Assembly: GCA_002863065.1 (NCBI GenBank)
Contig: PKDL01000144.1
Location: 1 to 42,472, forward strand
Length of the DNA stretch: 42,472 bases
Direction of reading: 5' to 3'
Origin: Pseudomonadota bacterium
Lineage (GTDB): Bacteria > Myxococcota_A > UBA9042 > GCA-2863065
The position numbers were made by a program, and so were the translations under genes. This document shows, piece after piece, positions 29,109 to 39,722 of this stretch (the stretch's first letter is position 1; each line of letters starts with the position of its first letter). The notes beneath the pieces are model-generated. The model was not told where the DNA came from, did no database searches, and worked only from the letters and a program-made list of their open reading frames with translations.

Positions 29109-32100
29109 GTGAATAGCGCGCTCTTGGATCCGCAAAGCGCATCGGAAGGGATACCACTTGTGAACGCTGCCCGTTCATTGGCACTCATGCTCGTCTTAGC
29201 TTCCTTGAGCTCGTGTCCAGATGACACCGTGGTTTACCAGGACTTTTACCTGTCGGTTACAAGCGAAGTACCTGCCGATGGCCTATCGATCGACCGGCTA
29301 GTACTCACTTTTCGGAACCACGATTCTGGAGTCTTAGGCCTCTTTGGGCAGTTCGACAGTGACGTTCTTAGATACGAGGTAAGTCTACCCACCGTGGCTG
29401 ATATTACGAACTCAGCGTACGTTGTGCAGATCAATTCTGGCGAAATTATACGGGGAGATGTACTCGCAGTTATATGGGGACTTCATGCCAATGAAGATCG
29501 CCCCCTTGTCTCCTGGAGTGGAAGCCTCGATCTCGATAGTAATGGCGTAATCTCGGTGCGCTTGGACGCTATTGCACCGACTTGTGACGTCGATGGCGAT
29601 GGCCTTTTAGATTGCAGTATCGAGGGGTGTTGTTCGTCGGCGGATACCATACTTGAAGATTGTGATGACAGTAACGCGGCATCTCATCCCCTTGCAGCAG
29701 TACCAGCCTGTATTCCTTGCGAGCCACAGACGGATTACAATTGTGACGGTCAGATCGATCGTTGTCCCGATCGAGATGGTGACAATGCTGCCGATTGTGA
29801 TGCCACGGTTGATTGTGACCCAGACGATAGCTCTGTCCATACCTCGGCCGAGGAAATCTGTGATGGTAAGGACAACGACTGCAATGGTGTAACCGATGAA
29901 AAATTTACTGACACAGACGCAGATGGGACCAAAGATTGCGTTGACGATGATATTGATGGCGATGGTGTCGCCAACGATATGGACTGTGCTCCGTTGGACG
30001 GCGCGACATATCCCGGGGCGACCGAGTTGTGTGATGGTGTAGATAACGACTGTAATGATGCCACGGACGACAGCCCAGGGTGCGTGGAGTGGGAGAATGA
30101 CTGGGACGGTGACGGTATCCTTCCCGGGCAAGATTGTAACAACTACGATTCCAAAACTTTTCCCGGGTCTACCTACGCCGGATGTTGCATTCCTGATACG
30201 TCACTCAGCCCCGAAGCGGTGTTGCTGGCGTGCGATTTTGACTGTGATGGGAATGCCAATCTGTGCTCCGACGACGATGATGATGGGGATGGCTATTCGA
30301 ACACTGTCGACTGCCCTGGAGGCCAGCAGGACCCAACCATATACCCAGGCGCACCAGAAAAATGTGGTGATGGTATTGACCAGGACTGTCTCTTTGGAGA
30401 CCAAGACTGCGAGTCAATTGTTGATGTAGATGGTGACCAATACGGTGCGGAGGTGGACTGTGATGATAGCGATCCGACCGTTTATCCGAATGCTCCAGAG
30501 TTGTGTGACGGCAAAGATAATAACTGCAATTCATTCATCGATGATGGAAATCCAGAAGCCAGTATTGATTGTTTGAATCCAGATCCTGAACGACAGTTTG
30601 GCTTATGCGCCTTGGCTGAGAACCTGGGTACGACAGTTTGCGCCCAGAATACTGATAATCCCGCTCTACCGGTGTGGGCATCCGAGCAGGTAAACGGCGA
30701 AGGGCAAGCCGTTATCTGTATTGGTTACTACCCGCCACCGTTAGCAGAGACCCTTTGCGATAATCAGGATGAAGATTGTGATGGTCAGGTTGATGAAGAC
30801 TTTGAGTGGGTGGAGATACACTCTGCATCCGACGGGTCTAATATTGTTTTGGCGAAGGGAGACAGTTGCGGCACGGGTGCATGCCTCGGTGGCAATGTCG
30901 TGTGCCATCCTGCTGCGCTAAGTCGAGATATCTCTGGGCAACTTACCTGCGACAGTCTGTCCAACCAATCAAGTGAAAATAGCGGCGGCGGTCCGGGGGT
31001 ATCGTTCTGTGATGGTATCGATAATGACTGTGATGGTGTTGTAGATGGACACTCACTGCCCTTAGCTCAGACGACTTGCAAGCAGCTAGGTGTCTGTGGC
31101 GCCGAACCGGAACTAGTTCAGACTGCATGCGTGGATGGTGTATGGCAATGCGGATACACCATGGATGCATACGACGGCGAAACGGAGCTGCGTTGCGATG
31201 GGCTGGATAATGACTGCGATGGGAATGTTGATGAGGACTTGTCATGGGAGAACGTGCCGTTCGGCGCTCCTTGCGATGGGACTGGGGAATGTGGTCCGGG
31301 CATCGTAACGTGTAATAGCGAGCAGCAAGCGGTCTGCTCGACCAATCCGTCGGGTCCGCAAGCGGAGGCGCAGTCTGAGTTATGTGACGAAAAAGACAAT
31401 GACTGCGATGGGCTTACAGACGAAGGGCAATACTGGGAATGGAATGGAATTCAATATCCCTTGAATAGCCTGTGTGAAGGAATCGGAGAATGCGGGGTTG
31501 GTGTTGTCGAATGTTCGGACTCTACGCTTCTACCAGTATGTTCCACAAACCTAGACGGTACCGCGTCAGAGTCGTCCTCCGAGGTATGCGATGGCAAAGA
31601 CAACGACTGTGACGGCCTGACGGATGACGATCTTTTCTACGGAGCGCAGCCCGTGGGTGCGCTTTGCGATGGCATTGGTGAATGTGGTGCTGGAATCGTT
31701 GAATGCGCGGTGGATGGGAGCCTATCAGCCACGTGTTCTACGAATGTCAATGGAGCTTCGTCCTCCGATACTGTGGAACTTTGCGATGGACTAGACAATG
31801 ACTGCGATGGAGTCACCGACGAAGGGTTCGCTTGGACCGACCCAGTAAGTAATACGCAGATACCGTTGAGCTCGCCTTGTGATGGAATCGGTGAATGCGA
31901 CCTTGGAGTGGTGGTTTGCGCACCCGGCGACAGCACCATTGCGGTGTGCAGTACGAACACAGATGGTACCCAGCCTCAAAGCGATGCGGAGGTATGCGAT
32001 GGCCTGGACAATGACTGCGACGGTCAAACAGATAATGGATTAGGATGGTTTGATCCGGAGCTAAATGCGGTTGTTCCATTAGGATCACCTTGTGATGGTA

Positions 32101-35100
32101 TTGGGCAATGCGGTACGGGCATCGTCGAGTGTGCGAATGACGGCTCCAATGTCGCGACCTGTTCTACCAATCCAAATGGGAGTGACTACATATTTCAGGT
32201 TGAGATTTGTAATAACCTCGATGACGACTGCGATGGGCTCACTGATGATGTAGTCGGTACGGCAACGCCAGGAGTGACGTGCACACTAAGTGGCGCTTGC
32301 AATCCTGCCAATGTGACAGCGACTTGCATAGCAGGTAACTGGTCTTGCGATTACAGCATAGTCGTAGGCTACGAGGTATCGGAGCAAAGCTGCGATGGCA
32401 TAGATAACGACTGCGATGGACTTACCGACGAAGCCGGCTTGGTGGTGCCGACTGAATGCGACAAGCCAGGGGTTTGCTCAGGAGCCTCGCCTCAGTGCAA
32501 TGGCGTTTCTGGCTGGTCATGTGGCTTTGATGCGCTTCCAAACTATGCCCCCAGCGAGCAAGGAGCAGCGTTCTGCGATGGCGTAGATAACGACTGCGAC
32601 GGTTTTACCGATGAACATTTCCCGTCACTCGGGCAGGTGTGCACTTCAGGGCAGTCCGGGTGTACTGCCTCTGGCGTCACGATTTGTACGGCAGACGCGA
32701 CCAGTACTGTTTGCGATGCAGAAGGACAACCAGCGGGTACGCCCTGTAATGATGGACAGCTTTGCACATTCGGAGATGTGTGTTCGGGGGGATATAACTC
32801 CACATGTAATGGCACCGACTACTCGTGTGTTAGTGATGAACTTAGTTGCACGACTGACACATGTCTGGGTGATGGCAGTTGCGAGTATATTTTACAGCCT
32901 GATGCCTGTCTGATCGGCGGGGTATGTCGAAGTCCTGGTAGCTTGAATCCTCTCAACGACTGCCAGTTATGCGACCCAGAAAATCCTGAAGTATGGTCTG
33001 ATGTCGTAACAACGACAGCGTGTAATGACGGGAATGCTTGCACGACAGGCGACAATTGTGACGGAGCTGGACAGTGTCTTGGCACTGGAGGAATTGATTG
33101 CAGCGATGGTTTGCAATGCACTCAGGACAGTTGCGTGGAAGCAGGTGTTGGTTTTGAGTGCGAAAATACGCTGAAGGTTGGAGCGTGTCTTATCGATGGT
33201 GAGTGTTATGCGACTGGCGTGCAAAATCCTAGCAATCCTTGCCAAGTCTGCGACGCAAGCACCCAGACCGGTGCTTGGGTTGACCGTACGGATGGAACGG
33301 CATGTACGGACAATAACAAATGTACTCTCAACGACTCTTGCCAATCTGGTGTCTGCGCTGGGATCACGAATCCGTGTGATGACAACAACACATGTACAGA
33401 CGATAGCTGCGACCCGGGTGCAGCGTCACTCAATGGTTGTGTCCAAACAGATAATTCAGCCACCTGCGCTGATGACGGACTTCCGTGTACCGATGATATA
33501 TGCAGTTCGGGGGGATGTACTCATCCGCTCAAAAATAACCGGTGTTTGATCGAGGGCACTTGCTACGTCAAAGATGCGGGTAATCCCGACAATGTGTGTC
33601 AGACGTGCGACGCCGACAGTCCTCTTTCCTGGAGTCCGACCAGTCAGGGACAGGGATGTGATGATGGACTCGTATGCACCTCGGTTACTGAATGTGACGG
33701 CAGTGGATTGTGTGAAGCCATCACTACCCTCAACTGCGATGATGGAAATGAGTGCACGGCAGATTCATGTTCTGAACCCAGCGGATGCGTGAATGCGCCG
33801 CTAGATGGAACGCAATGTCAGGATGATGGACTGTTGTGTACTGCTGACCAGTGTTCTGAAGGTTCATGTGAGCACATTCCCACCTTCGGCACGTGCGCTA
33901 TCGATGGACAATGTTATTTGTTAGGGGCTGGGAACCCTACCAACGTTTGCCAGCGCTGCACTCCAGCACAATCTCAGTCGGATTGGTCGCCCGTAGGAAA
34001 TGGACTCATGTGTGATGCTGATAGCGATGGCTGCACCCCTGACGCGTGCCAGGACGGTCTTTGTGTTGCGGGTCCAACCCTCGATTGCAGCGCCCTAGAT
34101 ACGGAATGCACTCTTGGGGTGTGTATCTCTCAGTCAACTTTTAATGGTGAATGCAGCCTGGAAAATCGACCGAACGGTACGGCGTGTTCTGACGACGGCT
34201 TGGGATGTACCGCTGACCAGTGTCTAGAAGGGGTGTGCGACAGCTCTGAAGTGAGTTCAGGTTGCTTAATTGGCGGTGCATGCGTTCCTGAAGACACTGC
34301 CTCTCCAACGAATGCCTGTAAGTCATGTCAGAATTCCGTCGACCCGGCGGCGTACGCAAATAGTCCGATTGGTACGGACTGCAGTGACGATACCTTTCAG
34401 TGCACCTCAGATACCTGTGATGGCTCGGGCAATTGCACTGAATCAATCAATCCTGGGACCTGTCTCATTGATAGCAGCTGCTACGCACAAGGTGCAGTGA
34501 GTCCCTCAGGTTGCTCATCATGCCAGCCTAGTATCAGCGAAACTGCGTGGACCCTGTTACCCAATGCTACCGCATGTACCGATTCGGACGGTTTGAGTTG
34601 CACGGACGGTCAGTGCAATGGGACAGACCAATGCATCCCTACCTTAGCACCCGATGCATGCCTTATTGGAGGAATATGCTTTAGCGAGAATGCCATTTCT
34701 TCATCGAACCCATGTCAAGCGTGTCAACCCAGCCTTAGTATAAATACATTCACCGACGTACCTGATAATACGACCTGTCCATCAGATGGAAACGAATGCA
34801 CGCTGGATGTTTGCATATCCGGTGTGTGTAATACTCCTGCTGCCGATGGTTCATCATGCGGTGACGGGAGTGACTGTCTAACGAATACGTGCCAAACGGG
34901 CTTTTGTGACCTGTCTTCTCTTCCGGATGGCAGCTCATGTACAGATGACGGTAACGTCTGTACCAGCGATGCGTGCCAGGCCGGCGCATGTACCCACCCT
35001 ATAGTGGCCAATGGTACGGCGTGTCCAGATGACGGAGATTTGTGCACCAACGACCAATGTGAGTCGGGCGTTTGCCAACATCCTGCGAAATGTGTAGACG

Positions 35101-35366
35101 ACGGCTTAGCCTGTACGCTTGAGTCCTGCGACGCAGGGTCCTGCAGCACTATACTGGAATCAGATACTTGCCTGATTGACGGACTCTGTACCAACGATGG
35201 TACGGAGGATCCGGGTCCAGCATGTCAGTATTGCATTGCCGCAGTATCCAATTCGTCTTGGACAAGCTGGACGGGCGAGTCGAGCTCAGACAGCAATTGT
35301 GGAGACGGGATAGATAATGACTGTGATGGACTAACTGATGTTGAGGATGCCGAGTGTAACCCTTGA
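29109..35366 (+). CDS. Giant Cys-rich repeat surface (lipo)protein with MopE-like CDGxDNDCDG repeats and Dictyostelium-type CxDGxxCTxDxC repeats
   Basis: 2085 aa; possible lipobox LSSC near the N terminus; many E(I/L/V)CDGxDNDCDGxTD, DxDGDG and C(D/N)DGxxCTxDxC units. True start is probably 29160 or 29187. Confidence 0.88.
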   Translation: MNSALLDPQSASEGIPLVNAARSLALMLVLASLSSCPDDTVVYQDFYLSVTSEVPADGLSIDRLVLTFRNHDSGVLGLFGQFDSDVLRYEVSLPTVADITNSAYVVQINSGEIIRGDVLAVIWGLHANEDRPLVSWSGSLDLDSNGVISVRLDAIAPTCDVDGDGLLDCSIEGCCSSADTILEDCDDSNAASHPLAAVPACIPCEPQTDYNCDGQIDRCPDRDGDNAADCDATVDCDPDDSSVHTSAEEICDGKDNDCNGVTDEKFTDTDADGTKDCVDDDIDGDGVANDMDCAPLDGATYPGATELCDGVDNDCNDATDDSPGCVEWENDWDGDGILPGQDCNNYDSKTFPGSTYAGCCIPDTSLSPEAVLLACDFDCDGNANLCSDDDDDGDGYSNTVDCPGGQQDPTIYPGAPEKCGDGIDQDCLFGDQDCESIVDVDGDQYGAEVDCDDSDPTVYPNAPELCDGKDNNCNSFIDDGNPEASIDCLNPDPERQFGLCALAENLGTTVCAQNTDNPALPVWASEQVNGEGQAVICIGYYPPPLAETLCDNQDEDCDGQVDEDFEWVEIHSASDGSNIVLAKGDSCGTGACLGGNVVCHPAALSRDISGQLTCDSLSNQSSENSGGGPGVSFCDGIDNDCDGVVDGHSLPLAQTTCKQLGVCGAEPELVQTACVDGVWQCGYTMDAYDGETELRCDGLDNDCDGNVDEDLSWENVPFGAPCDGTGECGPGIVTCNSEQQAVCSTNPSGPQAEAQSELCDEKDNDCDGLTDEGQYWEWNGIQYPLNSLCEGIGECGVGVVECSDSTLLPVCSTNLDGTASESSSEVCDGKDNDCDGLTDDDLFYGAQPVGALCDGIGECGAGIVECAVDGSLSATCSTNVNGASSSDTVELCDGLDNDCDGVTDEGFAWTDPVSNTQIPLSSPCDGIGECDLGVVVCAPGDSTIAVCSTNTDGTQPQSDAEVCDGLDNDCDGQTDNGLGWFDPELNAVVPLGSPCDGIGQCGTGIVECANDGSNVATCSTNPNGSDYIFQVEICNNLDDDCDGLTDDVVGTATPGVTCTLSGACNPANVTATCIAGNWSCDYSIVVGYEVSEQSCDGIDNDCDGLTDEAGLVVPTECDKPGVCSGASPQCNGVSGWSCGFDALPNYAPSEQGAAFCDGVDNDCDGFTDEHFPSLGQVCTSGQSGCTASGVTICTADATSTVCDAEGQPAGTPCNDGQLCTFGDVCSGGYNSTCNGTDYSCVSDELSCTTDTCLGDGSCEYILQPDACLIGGVCRSPGSLNPLNDCQLCDPENPEVWSDVVTTTACNDGNACTTGDNCDGAGQCLGTGGIDCSDGLQCTQDSCVEAGVGFECENTLKVGACLIDGECYATGVQNPSNPCQVCDASTQTGAWVDRTDGTACTDNNKCTLNDSCQSGVCAGITNPCDDNNTCTDDSCDPGAASLNGCVQTDNSATCADDGLPCTDDICSSGGCTHPLKNNRCLIEGTCYVKDAGNPDNVCQTCDADSPLSWSPTSQGQGCDDGLVCTSVTECDGSGLCEAITTLNCDDGNECTADSCSEPSGCVNAPLDGTQCQDDGLLCTADQCSEGSCEHIPTFGTCAIDGQCYLLGAGNPTNVCQRCTPAQSQSDWSPVGNGLMCDADSDGCTPDACQDGLCVAGPTLDCSALDTECTLGVCISQSTFNGECSLENRPNGTACSDDGLGCTADQCLEGVCDSSEVSSGCLIGGACVPEDTASPTNACKSCQNSVDPAAYANSPIGTDCSDDTFQCTSDTCDGSGNCTESINPGTCLIDSSCYAQGAVSPSGCSSCQPSISETAWTLLPNATACTDSDGLSCTDGQCNGTDQCIPTLAPDACLIGGICFSENAISSSNPCQACQPSLSINTFTDVPDNTTCPSDGNECTLDVCISGVCNTPAADGSSCGDGSDCLTNTCQTGFCDLSSLPDGSSCTDDGNVCTSDACQAGACTHPIVANGTACPDDGDLCTNDQCESGVCQHPAKCVDDGLACTLESCDAGSCSTILESDTCLIDGLCTNDGTEDPGPACQYCIAAVSNSSWTSWTGESSSDSNCGDGIDNDCDGLTDVEDAECNP

Positions 35367-35460
35367 ACTCGCCGCATCCGGGCGTGCTGACCGATCTGGC
35401 CAGGGTTGCTTGGACACCTTTAGACGGTACGGCCGCTCGTTCAGCGAGACCAAACAGGTA

Positions 35461-36981
35461 TCACCCGAGCTTCTCTTTCAGCGCAGCAACGTCGACATCA
35501 TATTTTTTCATGAGCTTGCGAAAGTATTTCCGATCGATCTCGGCTTCCTTTGCTGCATGGGAAATATTTGAGTTGTTACGCCGGAGTAGATTCAACACAT
35601 AATCGCGTTCGAACGTACCGATCCATTCTTCTTTCGCTTCCTTGAACGTCTTTGCAAGACCCAGCGGCATGGCCGTCGACTCTCCGGATGCTTCATCGAT
35701 CTGAAGTGGCACGCCGTGGGGGGTGGGAGGACTAACAGAGCTCGCTTCAAGGTTCGCTGAGACCTCCGTCGTTGCTTGTTCGTTCACCGCGCGCGTTGTT
35801 ATGAAACCAATACCTGAAATGTGTTCCGGTAGGTCTTCAGGTTGTATGTACTCCGTTTCGGCGAAGCTGCAGGCTCTCTCCACGACATTGACCAACTCAC
35901 GGACATTGCCTGGCCACCGGTAATTCATCATGCAGTCGAGTGCATCTCGTGAGATACCTTTGACTCGAACACGCCCAGTACTCTCTTGGTTGAAGCTACT
36001 CTTTCTCAGGAAGTGCTTCACGAGCAGCGGTATATCTTCCTTGCGGTCGCGCAGTGGCGCGAGCACCAGTCGAACCACGCTAAGGCGGTAAAACAAGTCC
36101 TCTCGAAAGCGGCCATGCTTGACCTCTTCCTCAAGGTTGCGGTTCGTTGCAGCCACAACCCGAACGTCGATGCGGATCGGCTTGTTTGCACCGACGCGGC
36201 GTACCTCGCGTTGTTCAAGTGCGCGCAGTAACTTGGGTTGCAGGTCTAGGTTTAGTTCGCCCAATTCATCCAGAAAAATGGTACCGCCTTGGGCCATTTC
36301 AAATAGCCCTTGGCGAGCCATTATAGCTCCAGTAAAGCTACCTTTTTCGTGCCCGAATAGCTCAGACTCGATGAGGTTCTCTGGAACTGCACCGCAATCG
36401 AAGACTACGAAGGGGCCACGGTTGCGTTTACTGAACTGGTGGATTGCGCGGGCTACGACTTCTTTACCCGTTCCAGTCTCACCTTCGATAACTACGGTTA
36501 CTCCGGTGGGCGCAATCTTTTCCAAAATGCCGAAAATTTCACGCATCCGGACTGACTTACCCACAATGCTGCCGAAAGCTTCACGGTTGGAGGGCAGTAC
36601 CTCAACACGCTCATCTAATGACTGGAATCGGATGTCGGTCTTGCCCACGGTAACGGTACAGCCTGGCTTCAAGAAGGCTTCTTTGATGCGCACTCGATTT
36701 ACGAAGGTACCATTTGTGGAGTCTAAGTCTTGAAGCAGATAGTGGTCGTCATCTTGGTATATTCGGCAGTGGTAGCGAGACGCAGTGTCATCATCGATGA
36801 CGAGGTCGTTATCCTCCATAGCCCCTACGGCAATATTATTCTGGTCGAAAATGTATTCGGAGCTTTTGCCGTCATCCTTCTCGATAACGAGCTTACACTT
36901 TCGGAGGTGTATTGCGGTGGGTCGCCCGGAAATATAGGCGATCTTGGTCGGGGGGATATAGTCCGGAAACTTGCTACTCAC
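35461..36981 (-). CDS. FHA-domain sigma54-dependent enhancer-binding protein (FHA-AAA-Fis HTH)
   Basis: FHA (SRYHC, DLDSTNGTFVN), GETGTGKE, ESELFGHEKGSFTGA, FLDELGE, FREDLFYRL, WPGNVREL and a C-terminal HTH. Confidence 0.95.
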   Translation of the reverse strand: MSSKFPDYIPPTKIAYISGRPTAIHLRKCKLVIEKDDGKSSEYIFDQNNIAVGAMEDNDLVIDDDTASRYHCRIYQDDDHYLLQDLDSTNGTFVNRVRIKEAFLKPGCTVTVGKTDIRFQSLDERVEVLPSNREAFGSIVGKSVRMREIFGILEKIAPTGVTVVIEGETGTGKEVVARAIHQFSKRNRGPFVVFDCGAVPENLIESELFGHEKGSFTGAIMARQGLFEMAQGGTIFLDELGELNLDLQPKLLRALEQREVRRVGANKPIRIDVRVVAATNRNLEEEVKHGRFREDLFYRLSVVRLVLAPLRDRKEDIPLLVKHFLRKSSFNQESTGRVRVKGISRDALDCMMNYRWPGNVRELVNVVERACSFAETEYIQPEDLPEHISGIGFITTRAVNEQATTEVSANLEASSVSPPTPHGVPLQIDEASGESTAMPLGLAKTFKEAKEEWIGTFERDYVLNLLRRNNSNISHAAKEAEIDRKYFRKLMKKYDVDVAALKEKLG

Positions 36982-37065
36982 GTGGTGGAATCTATCTGGT
37001 GCTGTACGTATGCGTCAACTAGCCCCGGCTACCTAAAATATTTGTGCCGATGAAGGCGGCCTTCT

Positions 37066-37599
37066 GTGGGTGGTCTACAAATATTTCGCTATCGCGGTAC
37101 TATGAGACGACAACACGGCGGAGAGTGGATGTCAGGCGACGTAGTACAGCGAACGGTTATGTTGAGTGCGGGAGCCCTCAATGAAGATAAGGTCCTTTCA
37201 TGGCTCGCCAGTTTAGTGAGGGAGCTTCGGAGGACATTTGAAGTTCCTATCGGTACTGCAGGTACTCTGCTCGTGTCGTCAGATAGTGGTACCGTTGAAA
37301 TAGACCCTCGTACGAAACGTCCCGTGGCAGCTAATACATCCCGTTCCCTTGGTTTCACTGCTAGTGATGCGCTCCTTTCAGTGGTGAAAGGCGGTGTTTT
37401 GAACGATGAGCGATTAGCTCGGTTGGAGGGACCGGATGCAATCGGCAGTCTGTTCGCGAAAGCCTTAGCTGCCGAGTTGGTCGAAAACCGACGCGCAGCA
37501 ATCGGTAACTTTGGAGTATGGACCATAGGTCGTCTCCCGGACCTGACGGTGTTTGTTCGATTCCGCTCTCGGCCCGCCATAAACCGGATGTTGGCCTAG
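37066..37599 (+). CDS. Divergent HU/IHF-like protein with two tandem HU-like units
   Basis: Unit 1: EVPIGTAGTL...IDPRTKRPV...LGFTASDAL. Unit 2: AAIGNFGVW...VRFRSRPAI. Both match the HU pattern GFGxF..GRNPxTG..F. Start uncertain. Confidence 0.55.
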   Translation: MGGLQIFRYRGTMRRQHGGEWMSGDVVQRTVMLSAGALNEDKVLSWLASLVRELRRTFEVPIGTAGTLLVSSDSGTVEIDPRTKRPVAANTSRSLGFTASDALLSVVKGGVLNDERLARLEGPDAIGSLFAKALAAELVENRRAAIGNFGVWTIGRLPDLTVFVRFRSRPAINRMLA

Positions 37600-37611
37600 T
37601 GCTCCATGCTC

Positions 37612-38979
37612 TCATGTGATCCTGTGCCTCAACCAGCCATCGCCCTTCCACGCCCAAACCATCGCAGCGCCGAAAATTAACCGATAAATTGCAAATCCGA
37701 TCCAGAGCGCGATCAGTCCATGCCCGGCCTGAAGTCCAAAATACCAGGCGACTGGTAGGAAGACCCCCCACTGCGTGGCTAGGGACCAGACCATGACTTG
37801 TTTAGCAGCCCCCGCGCCTATTAGCGTATTCGAAAGCACTACGCCGCTTGCATCAATGATCATGACTAACCCAATGATGCGCAGAGGCATTGTGGCGAGC
37901 GCGACTGTCTCTGGATCACCACCGATAAACATTGACAATAAGCCAGGTGCCACGAAAATAGCTAAAAGCCCTGTCGCGAGACCAAATGCGGTGCCTGCCA
38001 TGAGAGCCAACCAGCCCCATGTTCGGGCATCGGTCGGTCTCCCTGCTCCCAAGCTTTGACCAACAAGACTGGCGGCACCCAAACCAATGCCCACCGACGG
38101 GAGTATGCTCACAAGGGCAAATGTAACTAGGACATGACTGGCACCGAGGGCTTCTGGACCCAGCTTGTCGGTTATCCAAAAAAACGCCAGAAATCCCAAG
38201 CTGAATAGCATCGACTGTAATCCAGCAGGGGCTCCCAATCGTAGCAATGATCTGAGTGCTGTTTTGCGTCCGCCGTTATAAAAACGTTGGCTTGGTCCAC
38301 GGGACATAGCTAAACGCACGTAGTAAATCGTGCCAACAGCTTGTGCGATCGTGCTACCTACGCCCGCTCCGAATACGCCCAGGGGTGGTATGGGGCCTGC
38401 ACCAAAAACCAGAATCATTGAACACATTACGTTGACGATATGAATGACAATAATGGTCTCTAGGTAAATGCGCGCTAGACCGAGACCATTCCAATAACCG
38501 CGGAAGGCGAAGTTGGCGGCGAGAAACGGAAGACCGGCCAATCTTGCCGCCAGATACGATGTACCGAGTATTTCCGTATCCGCCCGATTCGTCAGCAGAG
38601 TCATCGCGAAGTCAGATAAATACGCGCAAAGTAGAGCGAATGGAATCACTGTTTGTACCGTGAACACTAAGCTGCGTCGGAGTGCGCCAACAGCGCCATC
38701 AAGGTCGTCTTCGCCAACTTTTCGAGAGACGTATGCCTGTACCCCGGAACCAAGCCCGATAAAGAAGCTACTGAGGACCCAGTTCACGTTTCCAGCCAGA
38801 GCGACCGCTCCGAGGCGGAGGGTGCCGAGCTGTCCGACAATCCATGTATCAATAATATTCAGCAGGTTCTGTGAGGTGAGTGCAAGGATGATGGGAAGTG
38901 AGAACGCCGCAAGCTGACGACCGCGCTCGCGCTTATTCAGTTCGGATAGGGGCGCGACCTTCTTGATGTTAGCTTGCAT
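37612..38979 (-). CDS. MATE family efflux transporter/flippase
   Basis: About 12 TM segments; IDTWIVGQLG, LGAVALAG, PPLGVFGAG and LRLGAPAG. Confidence 0.92.
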   Translation of the reverse strand: MQANIKKVAPLSELNKRERGRQLAAFSLPIILALTSQNLLNIIDTWIVGQLGTLRLGAVALAGNVNWVLSSFFIGLGSGVQAYVSRKVGEDDLDGAVGALRRSLVFTVQTVIPFALLCAYLSDFAMTLLTNRADTEILGTSYLAARLAGLPFLAANFAFRGYWNGLGLARIYLETIIVIHIVNVMCSMILVFGAGPIPPLGVFGAGVGSTIAQAVGTIYYVRLAMSRGPSQRFYNGGRKTALRSLLRLGAPAGLQSMLFSLGFLAFFWITDKLGPEALGASHVLVTFALVSILPSVGIGLGAASLVGQSLGAGRPTDARTWGWLALMAGTAFGLATGLLAIFVAPGLLSMFIGGDPETVALATMPLRIIGLVMIIDASGVVLSNTLIGAGAAKQVMVWSLATQWGVFLPVAWYFGLQAGHGLIALWIGFAIYRLIFGAAMVWAWKGDGWLRHRIT

Positions 38980-39062
38980 CGACGGGGTCTTGATGGCGCA
39001 CTTTGAGGAGAGAATCAGGTGTAAGAGACGCCATCAGGTTCGGCTCACGGCACGTGGGAGGC

Positions 39063-39500
39063 TCAGAATGTGAAGGTTTCTTCGCGCAAGTGACGCTTTT
39101 TCAGGAAGCCCTTCTCTCTCTGTTCCTGCTCTTCTTTGCACATAATACAGAGCGTGGCCTCGGGACGCGCAAAGAGCCGCCGTTTTGAGATGATGGAACC
39201 ACATGATTCGCACTCATCGTACTCACCGTCTTCAATCCGGCGGAGTGCTTTGTCGATCTTACCCAAGAGATACTTGTCACGGTCTCGAAGCCGATTCTCG
39301 AAGGCCGCTTCATACTCTAGCGTTGCGAGGTCCACCTCATCGGGCGTTTTTGCCGTTGACGCCGCTAGGTTTTTACGCGCCTCTTCCGTGGCGCCAAGCA
39401 GGGTCGCGCGCTTGTCTTGGAGCAGTACTTTGAACTCCTCCAGTTCCTCCGGTGTGAGCGGAGCGTTTTCTTCGGCGCGCTCAGGTCGTTTTCGAGCCAT
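39063..39500 (-). CDS. dksA: DksA/TraR C4 zinc-finger RNA polymerase-binding protein
   Basis: Coiled-coil tip PDEVDLA, ALRRIEDGEY, CESCG..I..RRL.ARP.ATLCIMCK; AGGAG RBS. Confidence 0.88.
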   Translation of the reverse strand: MARKRPERAEENAPLTPEELEEFKVLLQDKRATLLGATEEARKNLAASTAKTPDEVDLATLEYEAAFENRLRDRDKYLLGKIDKALRRIEDGEYDECESCGSIISKRRLFARPEATLCIMCKEEQEQREKGFLKKRHLREETFTF

Positions 39501-39722
39501 TACGAACTCCTATTTCGTCTATGGTTCACCGTAACACCATATCGTGTACCGATGCCGCACGTATTTCAAGTACGAAAGCGCTGTTCACGGATAACCCAAT
39601 AAACATTCGGGCATATTTTGCTCGAAGAAGATAGCGTACGTGTCGCCAATGGCAAGTCTCTGCCCTGTACTGTTTACTTGTCCGCTTAGGAAATAGGGCT
39701 TAGCACCATGTTGTGTATTGGG

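Noticed and set aside
29500-35366. CRISPR or DNA tandem repeat suggested by recurring GACAATGACTGCGATGG-like strings
   Set aside because: These are degenerate, in-frame coding repeats (DNDCDG) with synonymous variation and irregular spacing.
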